DNA from: Tubulanus polymorphus
Lineage: Eukaryota > Animalia > Nemertea
Direction of reading: 5' to 3'
Length of the DNA stretch: 64,000 nt
Assembly: GCF_964204645.1 (NCBI RefSeq)
Contig: NC_134028.1
Span: forward strand, 12,199,263 to 12,263,262
The notes under the pieces: model-generated
What the model was told of the DNA's origin: nothing
The model's input: the letters and a program-made list of their open reading frames with translations, nothing else
The model's database searches: none
Shown here: piece by piece, positions 39,368 through 49,876 of the stretch
How positions within the stretch are numbered: position 1 is the first letter of the stretch
Layout of the letters: every line of letters begins with the position of its first letter
Made by a program: the position numbers and the translations under genes

Positions 39368-39522
39368 CCTCCCACTGGTCTCAAGAATTCATTTCGAGTT
39401 TTTCCGAAAGGAAGAGCCCCTTTTTGGAGCCTTCCCCTTGCCTCGATACGAACCGGAACTGTTACGACCGGACGAGGCTTGACACGATTGTTGAAGTTGC
39501 GCGCTAGTTCTCCAACCGGCAT
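37351..39522 (-). CDS. pol: DIRS ORF2: reverse transcriptase, RNase H and DNA N6-adenine methyltransferase-like domain
   Basis: RT motifs SLDLKDAYFQVP, LPFGL, VYLDDWL. RNase H motifs VFTDAS, HINFLEMLAV, TDNST, NVMADALSR. MT-like motifs DLFATRFN, YAFPP, LVAPCWPAQKWF. 723 aa with no stops. Confidence 0.95.
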   Translation of the reverse strand: MPVGELARNFNNRVKPRPVVTVPVRIEARGRLQKGALPFGKTRNEFLRPVGGCLQQAATHWSDLFGDGWPSRVVSRGYRLRFLRRPRLMRSPPDMRPKPGQEALISPALKELAEKGAIEPVCNETSPGWFSRIFMVPKATGGQRTVIDLSSLNRHLDIPRFRMTKPKDVIQGLRPGQWAASLDLKDAYFQVPIHPKSRRFLRIKWKGRQFQFRSLPFGLSTAPWVFTKLVKSVQKVLQSRGVRLFVYLDDWLIVANSAQECREAMTSVLDLVHQLGFRVNREKSQLTPAQQFTYLGMDFDLRIGKVFPSMVRVAKLQEAVAGVSTTPRTARYWSRLLGSISSMGLVVPLGRLRSRRLQQYWKVFWSQSKGNWEALIPVPPTDLSPDLQWWAATTNLRLGVSLAPLKAPVRVFTDASHQGWGAHLENRVKAGKWSRYEATNHINFLEMLAVWKALKFFHRRVEGHHVWLATDNSTVRAYLQNQGGTHSETLTGLSAKILLWCQTKGVSLTVAHLAGKRNVMADALSRRGQAIATEWVLHQEVADRVRGIFGNPLLDLFATRFNRRCPLFVSPFPDAEAWGVDAFSLDWSGMHAYAFPPTPVLPRLLDQIERSVNCNIVLVAPCWPAQKWFLPLLNLLCDNPRILPNFPSLLSQGIFRHHPNSQWLNLLAWPLSSDPCQLQAFQNRLPPLSQDLSGHQQVPFTMPNGVILRIGVLQGKLIHAHPL

Positions 39523-41668
39523 CCGAAGCCGCCTGAGAAAGCGCTGAAGTTTGAGATGGTCCTGTTTGCGTCCGTGCCGAACCTTGCGCCGCCGGCTTCG
39601 GACCAGAACGCTTTTTCAACGGAGTTCGGGGGTTGGACTTGGCCTGAACCTCCCGAATCTTCCTCAGCTCTGCGGAAACCGGAGCGCACCAACCGGAGAA
39701 GAGACGTGAAGACGGGGCTCTCAGCAAAGCATTGGACACCATATCCGGTAGACGAGTTTTGGCACTGGAGTCCATCACTGACTGACGGGAGGCTAACACC
39801 AGATTAGCCTGACCCCGAACCAACAACGGAATTACATGCGAAACAGACCGAGCCAAAGATTGGATAATCCGGTCCATTCGCTCCAGTTTTAGGGCAACTG
39901 ACTCTGGGTCGGAGCCCGCATGAACGGCGGCGTGAGTCTCGCGAAGCTCACCCGTCAACACCTTAAGTGCCATATCTTGAAACGAACCAACCCTGGTAAG
40001 ATTGTCCAGGATTGACGTCATGGCCACCAAACCGGACTTAGGCAAACGAATACCCGACTGTGCTGTAACAGTATCCGGGCTGATCAAAGTATAATCAGCA
40101 TCCAGGCAGTTATGACTGTGATCCACAGCACCTGGAGTTGCGTAATACGCCGAGCGAAATGCGCCTATAGGTGGATCGGTTGAACTAAAATATTTCCCAG
40201 ATTTCATACCCCGTTCTGGAGGGGGAAATGAAAAAGTTCCAGGCCGACATTCACCCCATAATTGCGTATCCAATCGAGCCCATTCTCTTGAAACCGCTGA
40301 CGATTCCCGTAAAACGTTAAGATCGGAGTCCGGAGGGCGATAAGCTTCCATTGACTCACCGACCAGAGGAGCTGCTGTGGGCTTAGCGCGAGTTGCCCCG
40401 TGCTTGACAAAGAACTCACTTATCATCGCTCTAAATGGCATGTCCCCCGCTGGTTCGGATAAAACTGAACGGGACGGAGATACATTGCGAGCCAGGGAAG
40501 CCCCCATCGTCTGGGGCAACCCACAATTGCTTGCGACAGGAACGACCCCAGAAGGAATTGCCGCCTCTGGGACCGGATCCTCATTGAAATCAGACCCTAC
40601 CGCAGCATCCAGGAATTCAGAGTCAGAATTCCGAAAAACTGAGTGGGCTGGCGAACTTCTAACCGGACAATCAGGAATAGGCTTACCTGTTGTAGAAGTT
40701 GCAGCGACTTGTTGCGACGAAGATAACAAGTTTAAAATTTTCTCCTCAAATACATGGAAATCCTTCTGAGTCAGGTATTTTCCAGTATCCCGACGATCAT
40801 GCCGACTTCGGTGACGGTCCCTCGAACGGGATCGCGACCTACTAGAAGAATCGCTTTCATCGCTAACCGACGTCGACGAACGATGAGAAGACCGACGGCG
40901 AAACTTCCGACAATAACGATCGTAGTCCCTCTCGCGATCAAACCTTGATCTGCGAGGAGATCTTGCTCGTTTATTACGCTCACGGCGTCTAAATCTAGTG
41001 GGAGAGCGAGCTCTATCCCCGGAGCGACGATCAGAATCAGACGATGAACGTACCGGATGTTTTGAACCGGACGACGTCTGGACCGGACCGGTGGCCGAAC
41101 CGGACCGAACCGGACCGATGCCCGACCCGGACCGGACCGGTACCGACCGAACCGGTGCGGGCCGTTCGCGACTACCGCGGCGCGCGCTCGGTTCCGAACA
41201 TGTAGTCTGAACCGGCCAAACCGGCCGAACCGGTGAACGACCAGAGACTGGTGAATGACCGGAGACCGGTGCCGGTGAACGACCAGAGACCGGTGAATGA
41301 CCGGAGACCGGTGCCGGTGAACCAGCGTTCCTCCCCGGTGAACGGAGTTGGGAAGCCGATCGTACCTGAACGACCGGCGACCGCTCCGCTTTACGATAAG
41401 AAACAGGATTAGAAACGTCGGTTGGCACATCGGCCGAAACCGACGAATCCCTGCTAACTCGACGACGATCTCTTAGTTTAAGAGCCTTATCGGACCGAAG
41501 CCAAAGGTCCTCGGACCACACGACGCAAATATTGCAAGGATTGCTCCTTGCACATATTTGACCGGATTTGCGCCTGCACGACGCACATGAATCGTGGTTG
41601 TCCCAGGCGCCAAACAAATGCCCGCATCCCTCCCCGCCACGATGCTGACCCTTAGGAGGGGGTGGCAT
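39389..41668 (-). CDS. gag: DIRS ORF1, gag-like protein
   Basis: Open frame 39389-41689, first ATG at 41668 (MPPPPKG). N-terminal Cys/His cluster (CGH..HDSCASC..C..PCNIC), then a Ser/Arg/Pro-rich repeat region and a helical C-terminal region. First ORF after the left ITR. Confidence 0.85.
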   Translation of the reverse strand: MPPPPKGQHRGGEGCGHLFGAWDNHDSCASCRRKSGQICARSNPCNICVVWSEDLWLRSDKALKLRDRRRVSRDSSVSADVPTDVSNPVSYRKAERSPVVQVRSASQLRSPGRNAGSPAPVSGHSPVSGRSPAPVSGHSPVSGRSPVRPVWPVQTTCSEPSARRGSRERPAPVRSVPVRSGSGIGPVRSGSATGPVQTSSGSKHPVRSSSDSDRRSGDRARSPTRFRRRERNKRARSPRRSRFDRERDYDRYCRKFRRRSSHRSSTSVSDESDSSSRSRSRSRDRHRSRHDRRDTGKYLTQKDFHVFEEKILNLLSSSQQVAATSTTGKPIPDCPVRSSPAHSVFRNSDSEFLDAAVGSDFNEDPVPEAAIPSGVVPVASNCGLPQTMGASLARNVSPSRSVLSEPAGDMPFRAMISEFFVKHGATRAKPTAAPLVGESMEAYRPPDSDLNVLRESSAVSREWARLDTQLWGECRPGTFSFPPPERGMKSGKYFSSTDPPIGAFRSAYYATPGAVDHSHNCLDADYTLISPDTVTAQSGIRLPKSGLVAMTSILDNLTRVGSFQDMALKVLTGELRETHAAVHAGSDPESVALKLERMDRIIQSLARSVSHVIPLLVRGQANLVLASRQSVMDSSAKTRLPDMVSNALLRAPSSRLFSGWCAPVSAELRKIREVQAKSNPRTPLKKRSGPKPAAQGSARTQTGPSQTSALSQAASDAGWRTSAQLQQSCQASSGRNSSGSYRGKGKAPKRGSSFRKNSK
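41220..41325 (-). repeat. In-frame tandem repeat inside DIRS gag (SPAPVSGHSPVSGR x2)
   Basis: 42-bp unit duplicated; more ACCGG-rich repeats follow at 41080-41160. Confidence 0.85.
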
Positions 41669-41870
41669 AATTATCCTGTTACAAATCAAAACAATTCAAT
41701 TCAATTCAATCAAATTATATTTGAAATAAAATTCTTACGGAAAAAAAGAAATCAGGGATAACCCCCAAACTGAACGGACTCACCGTTACGAGAGTGAAAA
41801 CTCCCTAATATCCTAATTCCCAGATTTTTACGGCGAAAAAATCCAACGCGTTCTACTGCGAGAACGGCAA

Positions 41871-42012
41871 GAAAAAAGATGGCGGATTTCGCCGGTGGCT
41901 AAATGCAATACCGCAGGGCCGGGTCGTATAGAAAAACCATTGGCGATAAATCCAAATTTAGAAAATATTGGCAAAAACCATAGGAAAGGGTACAGTACTC
42001 GATGGAAATATT
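41871..42012 (-). repeat. DIRS left (5') inverted terminal repeat
   Basis: 41871-41992 is the exact reverse complement of 35906-36027. The outer 20 nt differ from the right ITR and are matched by the ICR. Confidence 0.95.
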
Positions 42013-42208
42013 AATTCTAATAAATTATTAGACGCCTGCTAAAAAAATGTAGAATTTTTCGGATAAGCTAATGTGGAATTGCAAATTTGAAATCGAAGTT
42101 TTAAGAAATTTGGGGACTGAGATTTGGCGATTGGTTGGTAAGTGATACAGGGCTTCGGACTCAGTGGTGGTTTAATGGTTTTATTGAAAATTGTCAATAA
42201 TTGATTGC

Positions 42209-42328
42209 CTCCATGGTTGAGGAGAGCTCGTCTGATGTCTGCTTCATCATGAATCTTGGAGCGTATCGTGTGGCCTATAGCCAGCCGGGCCCCCAGGTTA
42301 GTGGCTGTCACTCGATATCCTCTTGAGT
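42209..42328 (-). pseudogene. Putative 120-nt exon (phase 1-1)
   Basis: Acceptor CTACTTCAACCCAG. GC-richer open frame SRGYRVTATNLGARLAIGHTIRSKIHDEADIRRALLNHG. The donor would be non-canonical AG|GCAATC. Confidence 0.4.
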
Positions 42329-43039
42329 CTGGGTTGAAGTAGACAATGTCATTTAAAATAACTTGTTTATGTAATTCTGTATGAATAACGCACGTGTTTT
42401 GTATGTTGTATTTTCTTATTTTAGTAATTGTTACTTTATTGAATTTAGGAATTTTATATGTCATAAGGATCAATAAAGAATTGAATTGTCACCTAATACA
42501 CATGCTATAAGAAAACGCGGAGCCGTATATGACAGCTATGCTATTATAAATTGCTAATCTCATGAAACCTGCATACCCCTAATATCGAACATATTTTCTA
42601 AAACATTTGAATATTTAAATTATGTTAACAGATTTTTATATTAACCGCTTGTAGCCGCCGATGAAATTCATGTCGGCGCTACACAGATCGTAGATAGCTT
42701 TGTCATTCCACCAGCATCCCCATGTCAGGGTCCTACTTTTATATTAAATTTCCAAATTGTGTATACATCCGCCATTTTGACTGAATAATCCGATTTACTT
42801 ATCATTTCGATTTATGCCAACCGCTTCTGATATAATCATACATCCATTACTATTACAATACATCTTCTAATGTTATTCAATGCAATATAACATTTCGACG
42901 TTCAAATAGAGCTCATCATATAATCACAGGGAGACATTCTACATATTTGTAAATAATATCTTGTCAAATAGCTTGTATGTGTACAAATAGACCTGTGACG
43001 TTTTGCACATCGATTTACGGTTGTCGTAAAATGCCGCTG

Positions 43040-44832
43040 AATGGTTAACATTGTTTAGGTTTCGTAATGGTCACATTTTATAAGGCGTCATTCTATGTCT
43101 TTCCGCCAGTCTTTCCCCTCTGCGTGCGCAATTCTTATAGCATGATCTCGATGTACCTGCTGTACGTAGTCAACTATAGTGAAAATAGTTTTCACCAGAC
43201 ACGGCGCCACAGAATGTCTCTACAGCTTTATCAACACCGGGCCACCAAACATTCCCATGAATCCGTGCTTTGCACTTAACTATGCCTTGATGGCTTTCAT
43301 GGGCTAATTCAACAGTTCTCATCCAAAGTTTTCCGGAATTACAATTCATGTTCCTCGTAGCACAATGTTCCCTGTTCCGAGTGGTAACTCTTTCCCACGA
43401 ATTTAAAACTGTTTGCACTATCATTCCAGTGACCAGTTCTAATTATCCTTCGGAAGTCTGCAATCTCCTGATTGACTTTACTTAACATTTCAATTTCTGA
43501 GAGACAAATAGCAATGGGACAGGCGTATCGAATGTGTTTCAAAACAACTGCACTGTAACACGATAGCCGCGACAAAATATCTGCAATATGAGACGCACCG
43601 GATATATGTCTAACTGTGAACTTATATGGTAGCAATCGAAGAACCTAGCGTTCAATCCAGGCACACACTTTCGATTTCAATGCACACATATAGACAAGTG
43701 GTCTATGATCAGATTTCAAATTCAATCCCCTACAAATACATGTGGAACCTTTCGCAAGCCCACACTACTGCTAGCGCTTCCTGTTCAATCTGCCAATACC
43801 GACACTCCACGTCTGACAAGCAATGACGGCCATACATCACCACTCGAAACTAATCTCCCTGCTTTTACACTAGGGCTGCGCCTAATCCAACAGGACTCGC
43901 CCCTGCAATTACTTGTTTTTGCTTTTGGATCAAAATGTGCCAGGGTATGAAAATTTGTATTGTGTCAATCTAGTAAACTCAGCCTTGTGATCAGCGCCCC
44001 ATCTGAATGCGACACAATGTTTAACTAGACGTCACAATGATTCAGTCAAGGTCGCTACATCCAGTATGAACTTTGTTCACTAGACCCAATAAACTTCGAG
44101 CACACGTGCAGATAAATGATTGTATAATGTCAGGCGTAGGATCAATTCCTCTTTTCGACAGAACATTTCCGAAGAATACAAATTTCGGCATGCAGAAAAT
44201 GCATATATCCCAATTACATGTTAATCCCCTCTTAGGCAGTCGTCGTATCACTTGCAAAAGGATTTTGCCATGATTTTTATTCAATGTGGCATAGGATTCC
44301 AACGACTATCCGATACTTTGAATAACGAACTCGTAGTAGTCATCATCATTACTAATCATATGTCATATCTGCTTCAATTTACCTCTCGGTTGAAGTTTTT
44401 GCCCTTGGTCTTGCAGCATCTAAGGAAATGGCCCAGTTTACCACACTTCCTGCATTTCTTGTTTCACATTGGGCAATCTGCATAAGGGCAAAATGACCAA
44501 CAGCACCACACCGGTAACACTCCTTTGTGGTCGACGTATACAACTGCTTTGATCTCCGTTTGGATCTCACCCCTTTATTGAGACTATTGGCCTGCTCAGG
44601 TTCGCTCAGGTTCATCTCTTGCAACTTATGATCAACCGTGTCTAAAGCACAACTAACGTCTCTGACTGAAGACAGCATTAGTCTTTCACCTTTGCTTAGC
44701 AGTTTGCTGCTTAGTGATACCGATTTACACCGATTAGTGATACCGATTTTCTGAAAGTACGATACACAAACAACCTGAGCATAAACGAATATATTAATAA
44801 GGAATAATCAAGGATCACATCCTCGTCGCCAT
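43040..44832 (-). mobile_element. Ty3/Gypsy LTR retrotransposon remnant (gag zinc knuckle, RT, RNase H, integrase N-terminus)
   Basis: PBS-like TGGCGACGAGG at 44821-44831. Peptides ECYRCGAVGHF, FFGNVLSKRGIDP, LPYKFTVRHISGASHIADILSRL, AHESHQGIVKCKAR..VWWPG. Many frameshifts. Confidence 0.88.
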
Positions 44833-44984
44833 AGAAGAAGATCCAAACTAGAAAACACCAACAACATGTGTTTATGATAATCGGCCATAATCATTTTCCC
44901 CAAAATGTGTCAACACTAACTTTGCTACATATTACACATCAATTACAAACACGTACAAAATATTGATTATTGGAACACTACAGA

Positions 44985-45265
44985 GCTGATACTGAAAAAG
45001 CATTTCTGCTGATACTGTTGCCGCTGAAAGACCGAGATTTCATTAGATTTTTATGGTTACTTGGTTATTGAACCCTCAAGATCAGAATAGTGTTTTTTAT
45101 GTGTACAGATTTCGTGTGGTTTTATTGGGAGCGAAAAGCTCCCCATTCATTTTCAATGGTAATTTGAAATATCACTTAAAGCATTTCAAAAATAAAATAG
45201 CTGTTGACATAACTCCTCGTTTGTACATACATAATATCATTTCTGGGATAAGTGATCTGTGATGA
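44985..45265 (+). mobile_element. BEL/Pao RT fragment
   Basis: ADTEKAFL..DRDFIRFLW and YRFRVVLLGAKSSPFI, homologous to 26250-26430. Confidence 0.8.
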
Positions 45266-45487
45266 CGTGCTTAGTTTACTAGAGTATTATCATCTTCCGG
45301 TGTTGTCATATCACAGAATCACAGAATTGCAGAATTTTTCAAAAGCACGTGTTTCTTCATTTTCGCTATAAGTAGTAAGGCCTAAGCAGGTTTTTTGACT
45401 GGGATACCCCTTGTTGGACACCGGACGCATTTTTTCATTACTGGTTCCCGCTAGGCCTATGTGACAATTTATTAATATCCTCACTCA

Positions 45488-45845
45488 ACCTACGCAGGCA
45501 ATAAACGTTTCAACATTGATTGCTGACCCCACAGTGACTGGTGTATCGGGCCTGTACCCAAGGCAGTGCCTCGCGTGAGACCGCATCTCTGCGCTTCTTA
45601 CCACTAATAAGCCTTTATTTAATCAGATTAATACCCCATTGTAAAATGGATATAAAAACGATAGTTTATTAGACTACACTGTTTCACTGGTCGAATTAAG
45701 ACCAAACTGCGGTAGGTGTTCAAACAATCAAGTGAAATATCCCAAAATGATTGATTTCGGACAAAGTAAATAGACATTATGCATTCTGGCTTTGGATTTT
45801 TCATGAATCTAAATTGTGATTTATGCAAGTGTGGTGTATCTAGAA
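45488..45845 (+). repeat. Interspersed repeat, copy 2 (uninterrupted)
   Basis: Colinear with 6978-7047 plus 7495-7793 in inverted orientation. Confidence 0.8.
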
Positions 45846-45869
45846 CAGGAGCCCCTAGGGGCACTATGG

Positions 45870-46535
45870 CCAACCTGTCAGCTTTTTATAAAATGGCAAA
45901 TGATGCATTCTGTGGGTTAAATTTGTCCAAATACACTCCCAGCTCATACTAGTCAATCCCAGGCTAATAATTTACACAATTCAATCGTGTTTTCATGAGC
46001 AGCACATATAGCGACTGGAGCTGGCAGGAACAAATACCACAGATAAATCTTTTCCCTTGGTCTTATTGATTTGAATGCGGAATAGAATGAATTTTCTGGA
46101 ATTTGCTCAATAAATCAAAATTTAATTGGATTTGCTGTTTAACCTTGTTCAATGAAGTAAAATTGAATTGGATTTGATATTTGTTTGCAGAATAAAATTT
46201 GATTGAATTTGCAGTTTGAGCACATGACTAATTAGCATATCAAGGTCATCCATCCGATTTGAGGAAAAGCTATTTTTCCCGGACTTTGCACAATTGTCCA
46301 TGATTGTCACTGATTGGCTTTTCAAAACAGATATTTTTGCGAAAAAGCTCATATAAATTTTAACGAGGCCCTCTTTCAAAATTCAGCTTCTTTGGGGTTG
46401 GAGAATGGATAATGTTCTTATGAATGATTTGTGTGAAATTAAGTTCAGTTGCACAGTCAAAGAGCCTTTACTCTGGAAACCATGTCATTTAAATTTGCTC
46501 CATTTGTATAGGCTCGCCTAAGGGCCGCCTAAAAA
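45870..46535 (+). repeat. Interspersed repeat also present at 50625-51390 and 7985-8475
   Basis: Shared blocks such as GCAAATGATGCATTCTGTGGGTTAAATTTG, AAAAGCTATTT.TCCC.GA.TTT, GGAGAATGGATAATG and ATGTCATTTAAATT. Confidence 0.8.
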
Positions 46536-47290
46536 TTAATTAAAGTACTCCACTTTTAATACTAAAGATTGTAAAAAGGTTTCTTTTTTTAACTCTATTG
46601 TTTGTGAAAAGAAAGCTGTTACATAGTTGCTTTTGCGTGTCGATTCCTTGGGTTGTTTCAATCAAAATAATTTTCAAGGAATTGGTACATGTTTGGTCGT
46701 AGCACATTTCACGTTTGCTGCCATTTGAAACTACGGCCCGGCCTAGAGCAGGGGTGCTCAATCCCTGAAGGTTCTCCTAAGTTCACAAAAAGTTAAGTAA
46801 CTTTTAATAACTGATGTTTGACCTGGTGCCAATCGATCTTTTTTCCAACTAGATTCTGACTGCTGCCGCAGGTGGTAACTGGCAGCCGGTGAATGGTATC
46901 ACAAAATGATGTCAGACAAATTGTGTGCAAATAGGGGGATTCGAAGCCAACTCAGACCCAGTTACTATTTATTGCGAAATTGAACAAATTCTGTGTTCTT
47001 CCGCGAATCCGTGATTCCACGATATGACAGCACCATCAGTCTTCACGGTCATTGTTATAAACAGCAGGCTCAATTTTGTCTGAGCAGCAATAACAGATGA
47101 TATTGGGAGCAAAATATATGAAATCATTGCCACTTAACATCATTTTCTCGATTTGCCTGAGCTGCAATATAGGCCTACTTAGTTTTCAAATAGCTAGGGA
47201 TCAATTATTAAGAAAAACATTAATGGTTATGTGAGTTAAGCCTGTTTTACACTTCTTATGCAAAATAATGTATTTCCGGACCTTACCTAC

Positions 47291-47447
47291 CTTTAGGAGC
47301 AAATTCAAGAACAATCATGTCTTTTGATTTCCAAACATCATCACCAGTGAATGGGAGGCTACCCGATCCAATATCTTCATCAATAGAGGAACTACTGACA
47401 TCATCACCACTTTCTTGTGGAACATTTTTCAACTGGTGCATGCAACT
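47291..47447 (-). pseudogene. Putative 157-nt exon
   Basis: Open frame SCMHQLKNVPQESGDDVSSSSIDEDIG..MIVLEFAPK ending at AAG|GTAGGT. Confidence 0.45.
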
Positions 47448-49876
47448 CTATCAATTGAAAAGCCAAGCTTAATGGCACATATTATACATATTACACAACT
47501 GACACGCGCAGGCCAATAACAACAGTATATTTTATGGAACATTCATCGATATTTAGATTTTCTGCCCTTCACACAAAATCTAATCGCCATTCTCATGATT
47601 ATTAGAGTTCTTAGAGGTTACGCGCTTTTCACTGCATGCAGTACTGGCATTTCCCTTTGACCCACTCAAGCTATAGAGCATACAACATACTGATGGCTGG
47701 CTATATATGCAGCACATACTATAAGGCAAGTATTACATGGGACAGCACAGGCCAGGCTGGGATACTTAACTAACAAGTTTACAGATACAGGATGCTCTTA
47801 TGGGCCAGTAAACCCAGAAAAAAATATGTGCGATGCCTATATCAGTCATCCCCTCCCAGTAGTTTAAAAAAATCTATATTGGGAATGACTTTAATTGCAG
47901 CTGTCATTTAATTTTCAATTCAGGTGGGTAGTTCATTCGACTGCAGATCTATTTCCCTATACTTTTGCCGAGATATCAATTTGATCATCACTGTATTTGA
48001 CAATTTTTTGGCTGTGGTACACTCGACCATCACTCGACTACCTTAATGACTACCTGGCTACATTAAATCTCTGCCTAAACGAATACCTGTGTTATCCGAT
48101 TATCCGTTCAATTGGATAAAGTGCAAATAACATTCCGGTTTGCTACATTGATTTTCATGCTTCTTTAAATTGGTAAACGCCCAATTCGTCGAATACCGGT
48201 ATTCAATGTTTGTGTAATTCACAAACATTGAGTATCGTCTAAAACATGGCAGCGGCATAGCCACTAAAACATGGCTATTTGTGACACACGTGCGATAATT
48301 TTGTGTTTGCATACGGAATTTTACAAATAATTCTTCCGTCTAGGATTTGACTGTTTCGAATTTCAGTTATATGAAACCACTGTCCACTCGAAAGAAGATG
48401 AAAATTCCTTCCCAATGCATTCGTAAGAATATCATATTTTCATGCTGCCAGGACTCGACATCGAATGGACAGCGAATTGGTTGAAAGATTGTCAAGTGGA
48501 TGAGCTGGGGGGGTTAATCCATTTCATTGACAGCTGCATAAGGAAAGAATGATGAATGCTCTCTGCTCTGCGACATTGAAAAATAAAGCAGTCGGTCGGT
48601 CGGTCGGTTAAAAATAAGATTTATTTCAATGAATCCCAGGAAAAGTTTCACTCGGTACATTTGAAGTCGGGTTGGTCCGGTCATTTTTTTGGGACCATTA
48701 TTTTGGGATGCCCTGACGCTTTTTAACTGATTGCCAGCCAATAGTTATCTCCCATCACTTGCCTGCCAAAACCGTACTGGTATGGTTGACTTGTTGGCGA
48801 ATTCATCGCACAACACCAGTTAGTATATTGACATTTACTACTAAAATAAACTATCATCAGTCATTCTATGCAGTGTGTTAGTGACGTCATCTATTCAAAT
48901 GGAGGCTGAACATGCATGAATGGGCATATTTTCTGCAAAATAGCCCCTCCGCACTGGTGGTCGCTGCAGATTTTATCACTCTAAGAGGAAATGCCGCTTA
49001 TATTACATGAAAAAGATAGACCAGATGAACAAAATAAAACAGATTTGATGATGATATCTCTTCTAGCTTTTGTTTTATTAATCCCTGAAAATCATGGAAA
49101 TCCTGGCAAAGTGAAGCATTCCCTGAAACATAGGCCTGGCAGGCAAAAAAATATCTTGGCCGGCGAGATATGATTAAACTGTCACCGGCTTTGTAAGTAA
49201 GGAGATCGTAGGTAGCCTAAATTACCGTGCTATGTTTACTAAAATCACACAATTTTGGGACAGGAAATAAAAAATTTAAGAGAGAGATACCACCCTCGAG
49301 CTACCCCCACTCGCGGCCATAGGGCAGTGGCTGTAGGGCCTCTTGAGCTTCGCCACTTTGCGGCTCGCTTGTCCATGACCTTGAATCCGCAATTCTTTTT
49401 CCCAATTTCATTAATAACGGACATAAAAAATTTTCAGCGGGATGCCTGATACATAAATTGTCCGTACTATGCTTTTTCATGAGCTGATTAAATTCTTTAA
49501 GGAAAGGTCAATAATGATATACTTACAGGAACAAAATCGCTTGTCATTCTTTGATGTGTAGTATCGTTGGTAATTAGACTTGTACGAAGTGTCTGTAAGA
49601 TTAAAGATAATGATACATCATGGGGAATATCAAACAATAGGTCCGAGGACCTTGAGACTTCATCTAGAACATTGAAAGATCAAGACAATGTGGAAGTATA
49701 CAAGGGCCCCCAGGGTGGCCTGGCGGTCAATGTTGCTTAAGTTAGTGAAGTTGTCTTCCTTTTTAATGTATTCTAAGTACATCAAAAATATACATGTTAC
49801 ACAGATAAACCCCACAGTACTAGGTACTTCATCCAGAACCAAATGGAATTTTGAAATTTAAGATTTTATCATTTCA

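Larger units (their letters stand above)
35863..42012 (-). mobile_element. Full-length DIRS1-like tyrosine recombinase retrotransposon
   Basis: Three long overlapping ORFs (gag; RT/RH/MT; YR). Inverted terminal repeats with an identical 122-bp core (35906-36027 vs 41871-41992). ICR at 36083-36180 complementary to both termini. ATT at both ends (35863-65, 42010-12). Clearly more GC/CpG-rich than the flanks. Confidence 0.97.

Noticed and set aside
40771-41430. 219-aa alternative-frame ORF inside DIRS gag
   Set aside because: Explained by GC-rich repeats that lack stop codons; non-ATG start and no domain.
35320-44832. Single Gypsy element split only by the DIRS insertion
   Set aside because: About 1 kb of non-Gypsy sequence (42013-43040) also intervenes and the integrase core is missing, so a single origin cannot be shown.
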